Of a stretch of DNA of 32,000 bases, positions 24,223 to 32,000 are shown one piece after another; the first letter of the stretch is position 1, and the number at the start of each line of letters is the position of its first letter. Position numbers and translations under genes: made by a program. Source of the DNA: Symploca sp. SIO3C6 (GTDB taxonomy: Bacteria; Cyanobacteriota; Cyanobacteriia; Cyanobacteriales; Coleofasciculaceae); the NCBI GenBank assembly GCA_010692425.1, contig JAAHHJ010000019.1:101264-133263 (forward strand), given 5' to 3'. The notes under the pieces are model-generated. The model made no database searches. It was not told the origin of the DNA and worked only from the letters and a program-made list of their open reading frames with translations.

Positions 24223-24990
24223 TCAAGCCATTAATGGCTCTAGAAGTTGGAGCATCCAGGTTTCAACTTTCTGACGCAGACGACCAGAAGCACCTGCTCG
24301 GGGCAAGTGAATAAGGGCTTGTTGATAGTCGGAGATGGCACAGTTCCAATCCCCACGCAAATGATAGGCACGACCACGCTCAGCATATATATGACCTTCT
24401 AGACATCCCAGGATTAAAGCCAGATCCAAGTTTTCTATGGCCAAGTTGTATAACCCCAATTCCCTAAAGGTAATTGCCTGGTTGATCCAAGTGCGGGTGT
24501 TAGCTGGATTGACGTCAAGAGCTTGTTCGTAGTCCTCGAGGGCTTTTGCTGTTTGCCCTATTGATACGTAGTAATTGGCGCGATTATTATAAGCACTATC
24601 CAAGTTGGGATTAATTTGCAGTGCCTGGTTGTAATCAGCGAGAGCTTCTTGTTTTTGACCACTTCGGAAATACATTAAGCCCCGGTTGTTGTAGTCAGCT
24701 GCACTGTTGGGGTTAAGTTCAATTAATTGAGTAAACAGGGCAATTGCTCCCTGGTAATCTCCTTGTTTAGCTTTGCTGTTGGCTGAGGTGCGTAGGCTTT
24801 GCTCTGGAAGTTGCTGATGGTTTTTTAAGATATGTTTTACCAGGATCAAATGCCTTTGATGTCTGCGGCGCATCTTTGACCACTGTCTGTTCTGGTCTTG
24901 TCGGTTAACTTTGACAATAGTTCTAGTATTCATCTGTTCCCTCAGAAGTAACTGCGTTCCATCTAAAATCAACGTTAAGGCTGATAGCAC
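24223..24990 (-). CDS. TPR repeat protein
   Basis: Several 34-aa TPR units are present, for example AADYNNRGLMYFRSGQKQEALADYNQALQINPN and AYNNRANYY. An alternative start lies at the ATG at 24933. Confidence 0.8.
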   Translation of the reverse strand: MLSALTLILDGTQLLLREQMNTRTIVKVNRQDQNRQWSKMRRRHQRHLILVKHILKNHQQLPEQSLRTSANSKAKQGDYQGAIALFTQLIELNPNSAADYNNRGLMYFRSGQKQEALADYNQALQINPNLDSAYNNRANYYVSIGQTAKALEDYEQALDVNPANTRTWINQAITFRELGLYNLAIENLDLALILGCLEGHIYAERGRAYHLRGDWNCAISDYQQALIHLPRAGASGRLRQKVETWMLQLLEPLMA

Positions 24991-25548
24991 CCTGCTGGTT
25001 AGTCATGGTGTGTCACTTACTAATGCGTCTTTGGAGTTCCAGCAACAACTAACCAGATCGTTCCTTGAATATGAAAAGTATCTTAAGGAGACTACAGTAG
25101 CGTTTTGCTGATTTCCCGAAACATCACGAAAAATGCAACAAACGCTTTCTGGAAGAGATCTTGTAAAAAGCTTCTATTAATATCTCCAGTCGCTTTGCGA
25201 CAAGGGGTGAAGTTATAGGACAGATGGCAGAATTTATGGAGAAAGACGTCAGTCCTGGAGCCCTGGAACTTTCCTAGACCCAAACCTTAGTCAAAGAGTA
25301 CTCTGTATGCTGAGGCGATAATTGGCACAAGCCTCTGAAGTGAAGTACCCGACGCTCACAAGCTCGGCTTTAGCGCGGGGAAGCCCCGCCACTAGCTAAA
25401 ACTGTTTGAGGATTCATTATCAACTCTTGAAGTTGTCGGTATAACCTTGACAGCTGCTGGTTCTCCCACGAAGCTCCTCTAGCACGGTAGAATGCAATCT
25501 AGGTAATCTAATTTGTGGTGGTTAGTAACCCCTAACTAGAATATTTTT

Positions 25549-26013
25549 ATGGCAACTGCAACTTCCTTAGCTAATGCTCCTGATCTGTGTACTGATGACT
25601 ATTTGGTAGTTGGTGTAGCTACTTGTTTTCTAAAACAGGATGGTGAAGTTCACGAAGTTAAAGTTATTGAGCCTATCCCTTCAGCAGCTTTAGAAACACT
25701 TCTCCAAGGAATTGAGACTTCCTATAGCATGGTTTATGCCATGACTCTAGGCGAGTTACTTGCTAGCGAAACTCCTCAAAAACCTATAGAATTTCCTGAA
25801 GAAGCCGAGTTTTGTGATAATTTTACCGAACGAGCGGTCGCTGCAGCACGCACCTATCAAACTCGTCGGCAGGCGCAGTTCCATATCCCTTTAGGTACAA
25901 AGCGTGATGACTTCAACTACTCCACAGAACGCAAGCGAGTACTCAATCAGGCGCGAGTTGTGCGCAAGGAAGACGATATTAAACAGCACGAGTATACCCA
26001 CAAGGTTCTCTAA
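25549..26013 (+). CDS. Hypothetical protein (154 aa)
   Basis: Track ORF with clean coding appearance and an ATG start. It lies 13 nt upstream of the GST gene on the same strand. I recognise no domain. Confidence 0.55.
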   Translation: MATATSLANAPDLCTDDYLVVGVATCFLKQDGEVHEVKVIEPIPSAALETLLQGIETSYSMVYAMTLGELLASETPQKPIEFPEEAEFCDNFTERAVAAARTYQTRRQAQFHIPLGTKRDDFNYSTERKRVLNQARVVRKEDDIKQHEYTHKVL

Positions 26014-26025
26014 ATTACTATTGCC

Positions 26026-26577
26026 ATGCTAAAACTTTATGGTGGAGCCCGGAGTCGGGCATCAATTGTCCAGTGGTATCTGGAAGAACTGGGGGTTCCC
26101 TACGAATTTGTTTTGCTCAACATGGAAGCTGGGGAACATAGCCAGAGTGAGTTCCTAGCCATAAATCCTATAGGCAAGGTTCCGGCAATTGTGGATGGAG
26201 ATTTCAAGCTTTGGGAGTCAGGCGCTATTTTGTTCTATTTGGCTCACAAGTATGGCAAGATGCCAGAATCTGTTCAAAAGCAAGCTGAAATCAACCAGTG
26301 GATTCTATTCGGGAATGCCACTTTGGGACCGGGCATTTTTGTTGAAAACACTAGGGCAAGGGAAATGCCCAAACTCATGAAACCACTCAACCAAATCCTA
26401 GAGCAACAGCCATTCTTACTTGGAGACGAGTTAAGTGTGGCAGATGTGGCAGTTGGGTCAATATTGGCTTATATTTCGATAATGTTAAAGCTTGACTTCA
26501 GTGAATATCCAGCCATCGTAGACTACATAAAACGCCTTGCAGAGCGACCGGCTTTTCAGAAAACCATTGGAGCTTAA
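26026..26577 (+). CDS. Glutathione S-transferase
   Basis: The N-terminal thioredoxin-like region reads KLYGGARSRASIVQWYLEELGVPYE...INPIGKVPAIVDGDFKLWESGAILFYLA. Confidence 0.85.
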   Translation: MLKLYGGARSRASIVQWYLEELGVPYEFVLLNMEAGEHSQSEFLAINPIGKVPAIVDGDFKLWESGAILFYLAHKYGKMPESVQKQAEINQWILFGNATLGPGIFVENTRAREMPKLMKPLNQILEQQPFLLGDELSVADVAVGSILAYISIMLKLDFSEYPAIVDYIKRLAERPAFQKTIGA

Positions 26578-26749
26578 AAAGACAATTCCAAGTTATACCT
26601 ACTTAGCACCAAAACGGTGCAGCACAAGGCTGGGCAGTATTTTATAGCAATTATTGACTATCAAGACCTAGGCTAAATTAAGCAACCTCGAGGGCTTGAT
26701 AACAGATATACTATAAAATGCTGCCTTGGCAAAGATTGAGATTTGTAAC

Positions 26750-26887
26750 TTACCTGAAACCTACAGCAGCTTGCCAGACAAAAGCTAATAGCAAGAAGAA
26801 AACGGGGATGACTGGCAGGACATCTACAAGGGGATTAAAAATTGAGTAGGCTTCTGGTAATTTCGCTAACAGCAATGCAGCTTCCAT
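26750..26887 (-). CDS. psbK: Photosystem II reaction centre protein K (PsbK)
   Basis: Own translation: [45 protein letters not shown] (45 aa). It is below the track cutoff. Confidence 0.92.
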   Translation of the reverse strand: MEAALLLAKLPEAYSIFNPLVDVLPVIPVFFLLLAFVWQAAVGFR

Positions 26888-26935
26888 ATTTTAAAATCTT
26901 CCTTGACAACAAAATTTTTAGAATTGAAAGAAATT

Positions 26936-28087
26936 TTAACACGAACCGGTCTCTAGCTGAACAGCGACTGGCTTATTTAGCCACTGTTTAAATTCTGTGG
27001 CAAAGCAATCACTCAAAATTGCTGCCCTCATTTTTTGGGTAAAACGAATCAACTCTGTAACATTATGTAATGAAAGCAACATATAACCGAGAGGTTCCTT
27101 GGAGCGCACCAGATGATTGAGGTAAGCGCGACTAAAGTTCTGACAACAGTAGCAGGGGCAACTTTCGTCTAGGGGGGCAAAATCTTCTCTAAATTGAGCG
27201 TTTTTTAAATTCCAGCGCTCTCCCTTTACCAAGGCAGTACCATGACGCCCCAAGCGGGTGGGAATCACACAATCAAACAAATCTACCCCAGCGGCTACAG
27301 CAAGTACCATTTCTTGATAGGTACCAATACCCATCAGGTATCGCGGTTTATTTTCCGGGAGATAAGGAACTGTGGTTTCAACAATTTGATGAATTAAGTG
27401 AGCCGGTTCACCAACACTGACACCACCAATAGCATAGCCCGGTAAATCCAATGAAACTAAGGATTGAGCAGCAGCGCGACGCAAATCGAGGTGTACACCG
27501 CCTTGAACAATGCCAAATAGAGCTTGCTCATCTCGGCGTGCGTGAGCATCGAGGCAGCGTTTGAGCCATCTATAAGTACGTTCTGTTGCTACTTCTACCT
27601 CTTGCCTGGTAGCTGGGTAAGGAGGGCACTGATCGAAGGCCATAATCACATCTGCCCCCAGTGCATTCTGAATCTCTATCGAACGTTCTGGAGTCAGGTT
27701 GATCATCTTACCATCACGGGGGGAGCGAAAAATGACGCCCTCTTCAGTAATTGTTCGTAATTCAGACAAGCTAAACACTTGGAATCCGCCGGAATCAGTG
27801 AGAATAGGACCATTCCAAGCCATAAACTGGTGTACTCCACCAGCTTGTTCCACAATTGCTTCCCCCGGTTGCAGGTGGAGATGATAAGTATTGGCTAGTA
27901 CCATTTGCGCGCCAGCTTCCTTTAGCTGCGCTGGCGTCAAAGTTTTTACACTGGCTAGGGTTCCCACTGGCATAAACCTAGGTGTCTCTACTAAGCCATG
28001 GGGCGTAAGAAAAACACCAGTGCGAGCTTTAGTTTGGCTGCAATTAGCCTGAATGTTAAAGGAAAATGCAATTTGCTGTTGATCCAA
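26936..28087 (-). CDS. tgt: tRNA-guanine transglycosylase (queuine tRNA-ribosyltransferase)
   Basis: The sequence reads [23 protein letters not shown]...[11 protein letters not shown]...GGVSVGE. The zinc site is CPCYCC...H. The start codon is TTG. Confidence 0.95.
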   Translation of the reverse strand: MDQQQIAFSFNIQANCSQTKARTGVFLTPHGLVETPRFMPVGTLASVKTLTPAQLKEAGAQMVLANTYHLHLQPGEAIVEQAGGVHQFMAWNGPILTDSGGFQVFSLSELRTITEEGVIFRSPRDGKMINLTPERSIEIQNALGADVIMAFDQCPPYPATRQEVEVATERTYRWLKRCLDAHARRDEQALFGIVQGGVHLDLRRAAAQSLVSLDLPGYAIGGVSVGEPAHLIHQIVETTVPYLPENKPRYLMGIGTYQEMVLAVAAGVDLFDCVIPTRLGRHGTALVKGERWNLKNAQFREDFAPLDESCPCYCCQNFSRAYLNHLVRSKEPLGYMLLSLHNVTELIRFTQKMRAAILSDCFATEFKQWLNKPVAVQLETGSC

Positions 28088-28143
28088 TGCTTTTAATCGA
28101 AAATCTTAGTCAGCTTTAAGGTGTCAGGTTTCAAAATCAACGT

Positions 28144-28164
28144 CAATCCCCAATCCCCAATTGC
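28144..28164. repeat. Heptamer tandem repeat CAATCCC x3
   Basis: Direct reading gives caatccc caatccc caattgc. Confidence 0.8.
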
Positions 28165-28281
28165 TGAACACGTTTTGTGAATTACTCCCTAGGCTAACCA
28201 TCATCGCTTATAGCTAGGGAATTTTTCAAGGCAAAGGATTTCAAGATTAGACAGCTTGCTAGTAGATTTGAATATTTGATC

Positions 28282-28734
28282 CTAGAAAGGACACTCGCCA
28301 TCATCATCAATTTGCACGTCCCATTTAGCATGCAAGACTTGTGTCACCATTGCCTCGAGGGCCTCAACGTTGATTTGTTCTGTACACTGCTCCTGCAAAG
28401 GGTTTGAGAGCGGAATGAGGCGTAATTGACGATTGTCTTGAATTAGGTCAAAGCAAGTCTGTTGTTCTGGTGATTGATTGAGCTGTAGATAATCAAAGCT
28501 CTGGACATTGAGATAGATAGATCTGTTAGCAATTATTGTGGCACGGTGGGGGTCTGCAAAAACTTCGAGCATGCGCCCCTCGCCCTCATTTTTCAGTTTG
28601 CCATCGATGGTGTGGATATAGCGAACGTGACCCAAACTAGTAAGAAGGCGTTCCATATCTTGCTTATTGATGATGGTGCCACTATCAATAATGCAGGGAG
28701 CAGGGAGCTGGGGCGGTAATTGTTGATGACTCAT
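28282..28734 (-). CDS. Hypothetical protein (about 150 aa)
   Basis: Track ORF 28282-28797 with a GTG start. I prefer the internal ATG at 28734 (MSHQQLPPQ...). I recognise no domain. Confidence 0.5.
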   Translation of the reverse strand: MSHQQLPPQLPAPCIIDSGTIINKQDMERLLTSLGHVRYIHTIDGKLKNEGEGRMLEVFADPHRATIIANRSIYLNVQSFDYLQLNQSPEQQTCFDLIQDNRQLRLIPLSNPLQEQCTEQINVEALEAMVTQVLHAKWDVQIDDDGECPF

Positions 28735-29040
28735 GGGTAAAGGTTTATGATGCAAACGGTAATAATGCTGCCTAGTTAGAAGGATTAACCTTGCCACTGC
28801 TCTGGGATCTTATACTTGGCAACCCAATGCTCGGATCGAAGTTACAGCCAAGGTCAAGCAAGCATCAACTCTGCTGCCAAAAAATTCCAGGCCAATCTGG
28901 GACTCAATGCCAGCAATCCATATCTTAAAAGTCTGACTATTGCAAGTAACTTGCTGAATATAAAAGGGATATTACACAATGGTATCCCAAGATTTATCAG
29001 CTGCTCACAGGTCAATCTAAGAAATTCCTTACGGTTTCCA

Positions 29041-29829
29041 ATGCACAAGTTTTTATTGAGGCTAGTGGTGCGGCAGACAGTTCAATTCTGGTCTACTTTG
29101 ATCAGTGCTGTTACTTTTTATACCTGCATACCGATACCAACTGGCTGGAGTTTGGAGTTTCGGGGTATTGCTGGGGTGGCTCCTCTAGTGGGATTGCTGA
29201 TTGGGGGAATCTTGGGAATGATAGATTTTGGTTTGCAGTATTTGGGTATGGCACCACTTACTCGCAGTGCCTTAATTGTAATTCTTTGGCTTGCCCTGAC
29301 AGGAGGACTGCATTTAGATGGTGCTATGGATACAGCGGATGGTTTAGCTACACAAAACCCACGCAGGCGTCTGGAAGTGATGGCGGATAGTGCTACAGGT
29401 GCTTTTGGAGCCATGACTGCTACTGCCATAATGGTTTTAAAAATCTCTGCTCTCACCAATCTTGATACTTATCGATGGTTGGCTCTGATGAGTGCAGCTG
29501 GTTGGGGGCGCTGGGGGCAGGTAATGGCAATTGCTCTCTATCCATATCTCAAGCCTAGAGGTAAGGGCGCATTTCACAAGCAATGGATGCAAATACCCCA
29601 AGATATCTTGCTGGGACTGTTAATACTGTTAGGCTTATGCGGATTGCCTCTATTATCGGAGATTAGTCAGTGGAGGTTATCTTTGGCAATGGTGATTGGA
29701 GGAGGAGCAATAGCACTGTTGACTGGTGCCTGGTTTCATCGCCAGTTGGGAGGACACACTGGAGATACTTATGGAGCAGTGGTGGAGTGGACTGAAGCAT
29801 TATTCCTTTGCCTTCTCACCAGTATCTAG
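29041..29829 (+). CDS. cobS: Adenosylcobinamide-GDP ribazoletransferase (cobalamin synthase)
   Basis: The sequence reads FYTCIPIP...[16 protein letters not shown]...[10 protein letters not shown]. Starting at the ATG at 29041 gives 262 aa, the usual CobS size. The track start at 28816 adds 75 low-complexity residues and overlaps the divergent gene region. Confidence 0.88.
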   Translation: MHKFLLRLVVRQTVQFWSTLISAVTFYTCIPIPTGWSLEFRGIAGVAPLVGLLIGGILGMIDFGLQYLGMAPLTRSALIVILWLALTGGLHLDGAMDTADGLATQNPRRRLEVMADSATGAFGAMTATAIMVLKISALTNLDTYRWLALMSAAGWGRWGQVMAIALYPYLKPRGKGAFHKQWMQIPQDILLGLLILLGLCGLPLLSEISQWRLSLAMVIGGGAIALLTGAWFHRQLGGHTGDTYGAVVEWTEALFLCLLTSI

Positions 29830-29857
29830 GCGTTTAACTTGCATATTTGGGGAGAGA

Positions 29858-29889
29858 GGGAGATGGGGAGATAGGGAGATGGGGAGAAA
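29858..29889. repeat. Octamer tandem repeat GGGAGATR x4
   Basis: Direct reading gives gggagatg gggagata gggagatg gggagaaa. Confidence 0.9.
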
Positions 29890-30112
29890 AATTATAAATA
29901 AGTACCTAAATAAAATTAATTACATTCAGAGTCTAACTGAAACCGAGACTATATAAGCTTTTGCTGTAGCTTGGATTTGTAAATAATTTTGTGTGACTAC
30001 TTACAAAGGACAGAAGTTGGGGAAGAAACTTATTTTTTCTTCTCCAACTCATGTCTATTCCAATCTCTGAGAAATTACCAAAATCAGTTGCAGTCAATAT
30101 TTACCAATTGAC

Positions 30113-30253
30113 TTAACTAGCTTCGCTATAAGGTTCGCCGCTAAAGGGTTGCATACCAATAGCAGGATATTCATCATCATTGGGACCAAAAATCCTGGCT
30201 ACTGCTTCCAAAAGATACTTTGTGATCATTTCCAACGTTCTGTAAATAGCCAT
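30113..30253 (-). CDS. Hypothetical 46-aa protein
   Basis: Own translation: MAIYRTLEMITKYLLEAVARIFGPNDDEYPAIGMQPFSGEPYSEAS. It is below the track cutoff. From memory it resembles small cyanobacterial ORFs, but this was not verified. Confidence 0.4.
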   Translation of the reverse strand: MAIYRTLEMITKYLLEAVARIFGPNDDEYPAIGMQPFSGEPYSEAS

Positions 30254-30540
30254 ATAACTATCCTCGCAATAAGTTGGGTTATGCTAACGAGTGAAACAAC
30301 GATTAATTAAGTGCCTGTCACACTTCCCTTATATTATGTTGAACCCTTAAATTATTAGGGAATAGTGCAATATTTGTTTGATTATGTTTGCAATACTTTG
30401 TTCATATACGGGTGAAGAGTAAGATCAAGAGATAGTGCCGTAAAGTTTTTTTGAGATTTGTTTATACTCTGCAAAATATTGGGCAGTCTTGGTAGTGGGC
30501 TAAGTACCTGCGACATTGATAAAGTTTACTGGTTGAGGCA

Positions 30541-30573
30541 GGGTGTGGGGTGTAGGGTGTAGGGTGTAGGGTA
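30541..30573. repeat. Heptamer tandem repeat GGGTGTA x5
   Basis: Direct reading gives gggtgtg gggtgta gggtgta gggtgta gggtaac. It lies about 80 nt upstream of pncB. Confidence 0.9.
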
Positions 30574-30654
30574 ACTTTGACGGATTTCATAATTATTTAC
30601 ATAGAGCCATTTATTTATGTACGACTACTTATAGTTAACAAAAGGGGTTCAATA

Positions 30655-32000
30655 ATGAAATCTGTAAACCAAGAATTAACAATTAGCCCTTGCGATTACA
30701 GCCTCTTAACTGACCTTTACCAATTGACAATGGCAGCTTGCTATACAGGTGAAGGATTAGCAGAGAAACCAGCGTCCTTTGAACTATTTGTGCGACGTTT
30801 GCCTAAGGGTTTTGGCTACCTGATTGCGATGGGGTTAGTACAGGTATTGGAATATTTAGAACAGTTTCGCTTTACTCCAAACCAACTTCAGGCTTTGCAG
30901 GCAACAGGAATTTTTGAGGGGGCACCAGCACAGTTTTGGTCAATTTTGGCTGAGGGGAGCTTCAGCGGCGATGTCTGGGCAGTGCCAGAAGGAAGTGCGA
31001 TTTTTCCATCGGAGCCTTTGTTGCGGGTAGAGGCACCACTATGGCAGGCACAGTTAGTGGAAACTTATCTGTTAAATACGATTAACTATCAGACTTTGAT
31101 TGCGACGCGGGCAGCACGGTTGCGAGATGTGGCAGGTTCACAAGCTAAGTTACTGGAATTTGGCACTAGACGGGCTTTTAGTCCTCAAGGTGCTATGTGG
31201 GCAGCAAGGGCGGCTTTGGCAGGAGGGTTGGATGCTACCTCGAATGTGCTGGCAGCAATGAAGTTGGGGCAAAAACCCAGTGGCACTATGGCTCATGCTT
31301 TGGTAATGGCAATCTCTGCTATTTCTGGAGGTGAGCAGGATGCCTTTAGTGCCTTCTATCGCTATTTTCCCCATGCTCCTCTATTAATTGATACCTACGA
31401 TACGGTAGCCGCAGCACAGAAGTTGGCAAACAGGATTCAAGCTGGGGAAATAGAAGTTACTGGCGTGCGTTTGGATTCTGGGGATTTAGTGAGTTTATCC
31501 CAAAAAGTGCGATCGCTACTGCCGAAGGTGACAATATTTGCTAGCGGTGATCTCGATGAGTACGAAATTGCTAGACTTAAAAGTGCTGGATCTTGTATCG
31601 ACGGCTATGGAGTGGGAACACGGCTAGTTACTGGAGAGCCAGTAAATGGAGTTTACAAGCTTGTCGAAATTGATGGTATTGCTACTATGAAGAAGTCTAG
31701 TAGCAAGGTCACTTATCCAGGACGTAAGCAAGTTTTTCGCACTCAGGTTGAGGGTAAAATTCTCAAAGACCGACTAGGATTAGTATCTGAATCTTCCTTT
31801 GAGAATGAACAACCTCTGCTGCAATTGGTGATGCAACAAGGTCAAAGACTACAGTTACCGGAAACTATAGAAGCCATCCAAAAGCGCACGGCGGCTTCTG
31901 TTGCCAGTCTCCCCTTATCAGTGCGCCAACTTCATGAACCATTACCACTGAGTGTGGAAATATCTAAGGCTCTACAGCAGTTAACTCAGGATACTCAGCG
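30655..32000 (+). CDS. pncB: Nicotinate phosphoribosyltransferase, partial (runs off the window end)
   Basis: Own translation from ATG 30655: MKSVNQELTISPCDYSLLTDLYQLTMAACYTGEGLAEKPASFELFVRRLPKGFGY...GTMAHALVMA...IDTYDT. These are NAPRTase hallmarks. It is absent from the track because there is no stop in the window. Confidence 0.9.
   Translation, partial: MKSVNQELTISPCDYSLLTDLYQLTMAACYTGEGLAEKPASFELFVRRLPKGFGYLIAMGLVQVLEYLEQFRFTPNQLQALQATGIFEGAPAQFWSILAEGSFSGDVWAVPEGSAIFPSEPLLRVEAPLWQAQLVETYLLNTINYQTLIATRAARLRDVAGSQAKLLEFGTRRAFSPQGAMWAARAALAGGLDATSNVLAAMKLGQKPSGTMAHALVMAISAISGGEQDAFSAFYRYFPHAPLLIDTYDTVAAAQKLANRIQAGEIEVTGVRLDSGDLVSLSQKVRSLLPKVTIFASGDLDEYEIARLKSAGSCIDGYGVGTRLVTGEPVNGVYKLVEIDGIATMKKSSSKVTYPGRKQVFRTQVEGKILKDRLGLVSESSFENEQPLLQLVMQQGQRLQLPETIEAIQKRTAASVASLPLSVRQLHEPLPLSVEISKALQQLTQDTQ

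Noticed and set aside
25092-25283. 63-aa minus-strand ORF, together with the nearby gcgggg-aag-ccccgc hairpin (about 25374-25388)
   Set aside because: The ORF has no motif and poor context. The hairpin has no T-run on either strand and no clear similarity to the IS right-end motif, so I cannot assign a function.
28816-29040. A 75-codon N-terminal extension of cobS in the ORF track
   Set aside because: The extension is low-complexity and would overlap the promoter region of the divergent gene. The ATG at 29041 gives the canonical CobS length of about 260 aa.
31150-31374. 74-aa minus-strand ORF
   Set aside because: It is antisense to the clearly coding pncB frame.

Overview
This window looks like chromosomal DNA from a cyanobacterium, probably a filamentous Nostocales-type strain. 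The evidence is psaM and psbK, repeated HIP1 GCGATCGC palindromes, and STRR-like 7-8 nt tandem repeats in almost every intergenic region. Most of the window is housekeeping: amt (partial), a CHASE-histidine kinase-receiver-adenylate cyclase hybrid, a fibrillin-like protein, a Rieske/PaO oxygenase, DUF72, recR, a CheY-like regulator, lipA, ggt, ddl, ndk, TerC, psaM, a TPR protein, GST, psbK, tgt, cobS and pncB (partial). The region from about 7.0 to 13.3 kb looks accessory. It holds (i) a 135-aa helical ORF with a G/N/Q/V-rich tail, followed by an NB-ARC + TPR STAND/NLR-like ATPase with a C-terminal membrane anchor. It also holds (ii) a MITE, (iii) an XRE regulator divergent from three ATGA-coupled small ORFs, and (iv) a solo, N-terminally damaged IS891/IS1341-type tnpB. 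Inverted copies of the same IS right-end sequence bracket this region. The main hunt result concerns the junction between the 135-aa ORF and the NLR ORF. In the 16-nt frame overlap there is a canonical -1 slippery heptamer, G_GGA_AAC. It is followed by a 6-nt spacer containing the 0-frame stop, then a perfect 10-bp stem. The NLR frame stays open for 32 codons upstream of its weak TTG start with no ATG or GTG. This suggests either a programmed -1 frameshift giving a short product and a long NLR fusion, or a recently split gene. All functional calls come from motif recognition by eye. No database search was possible.
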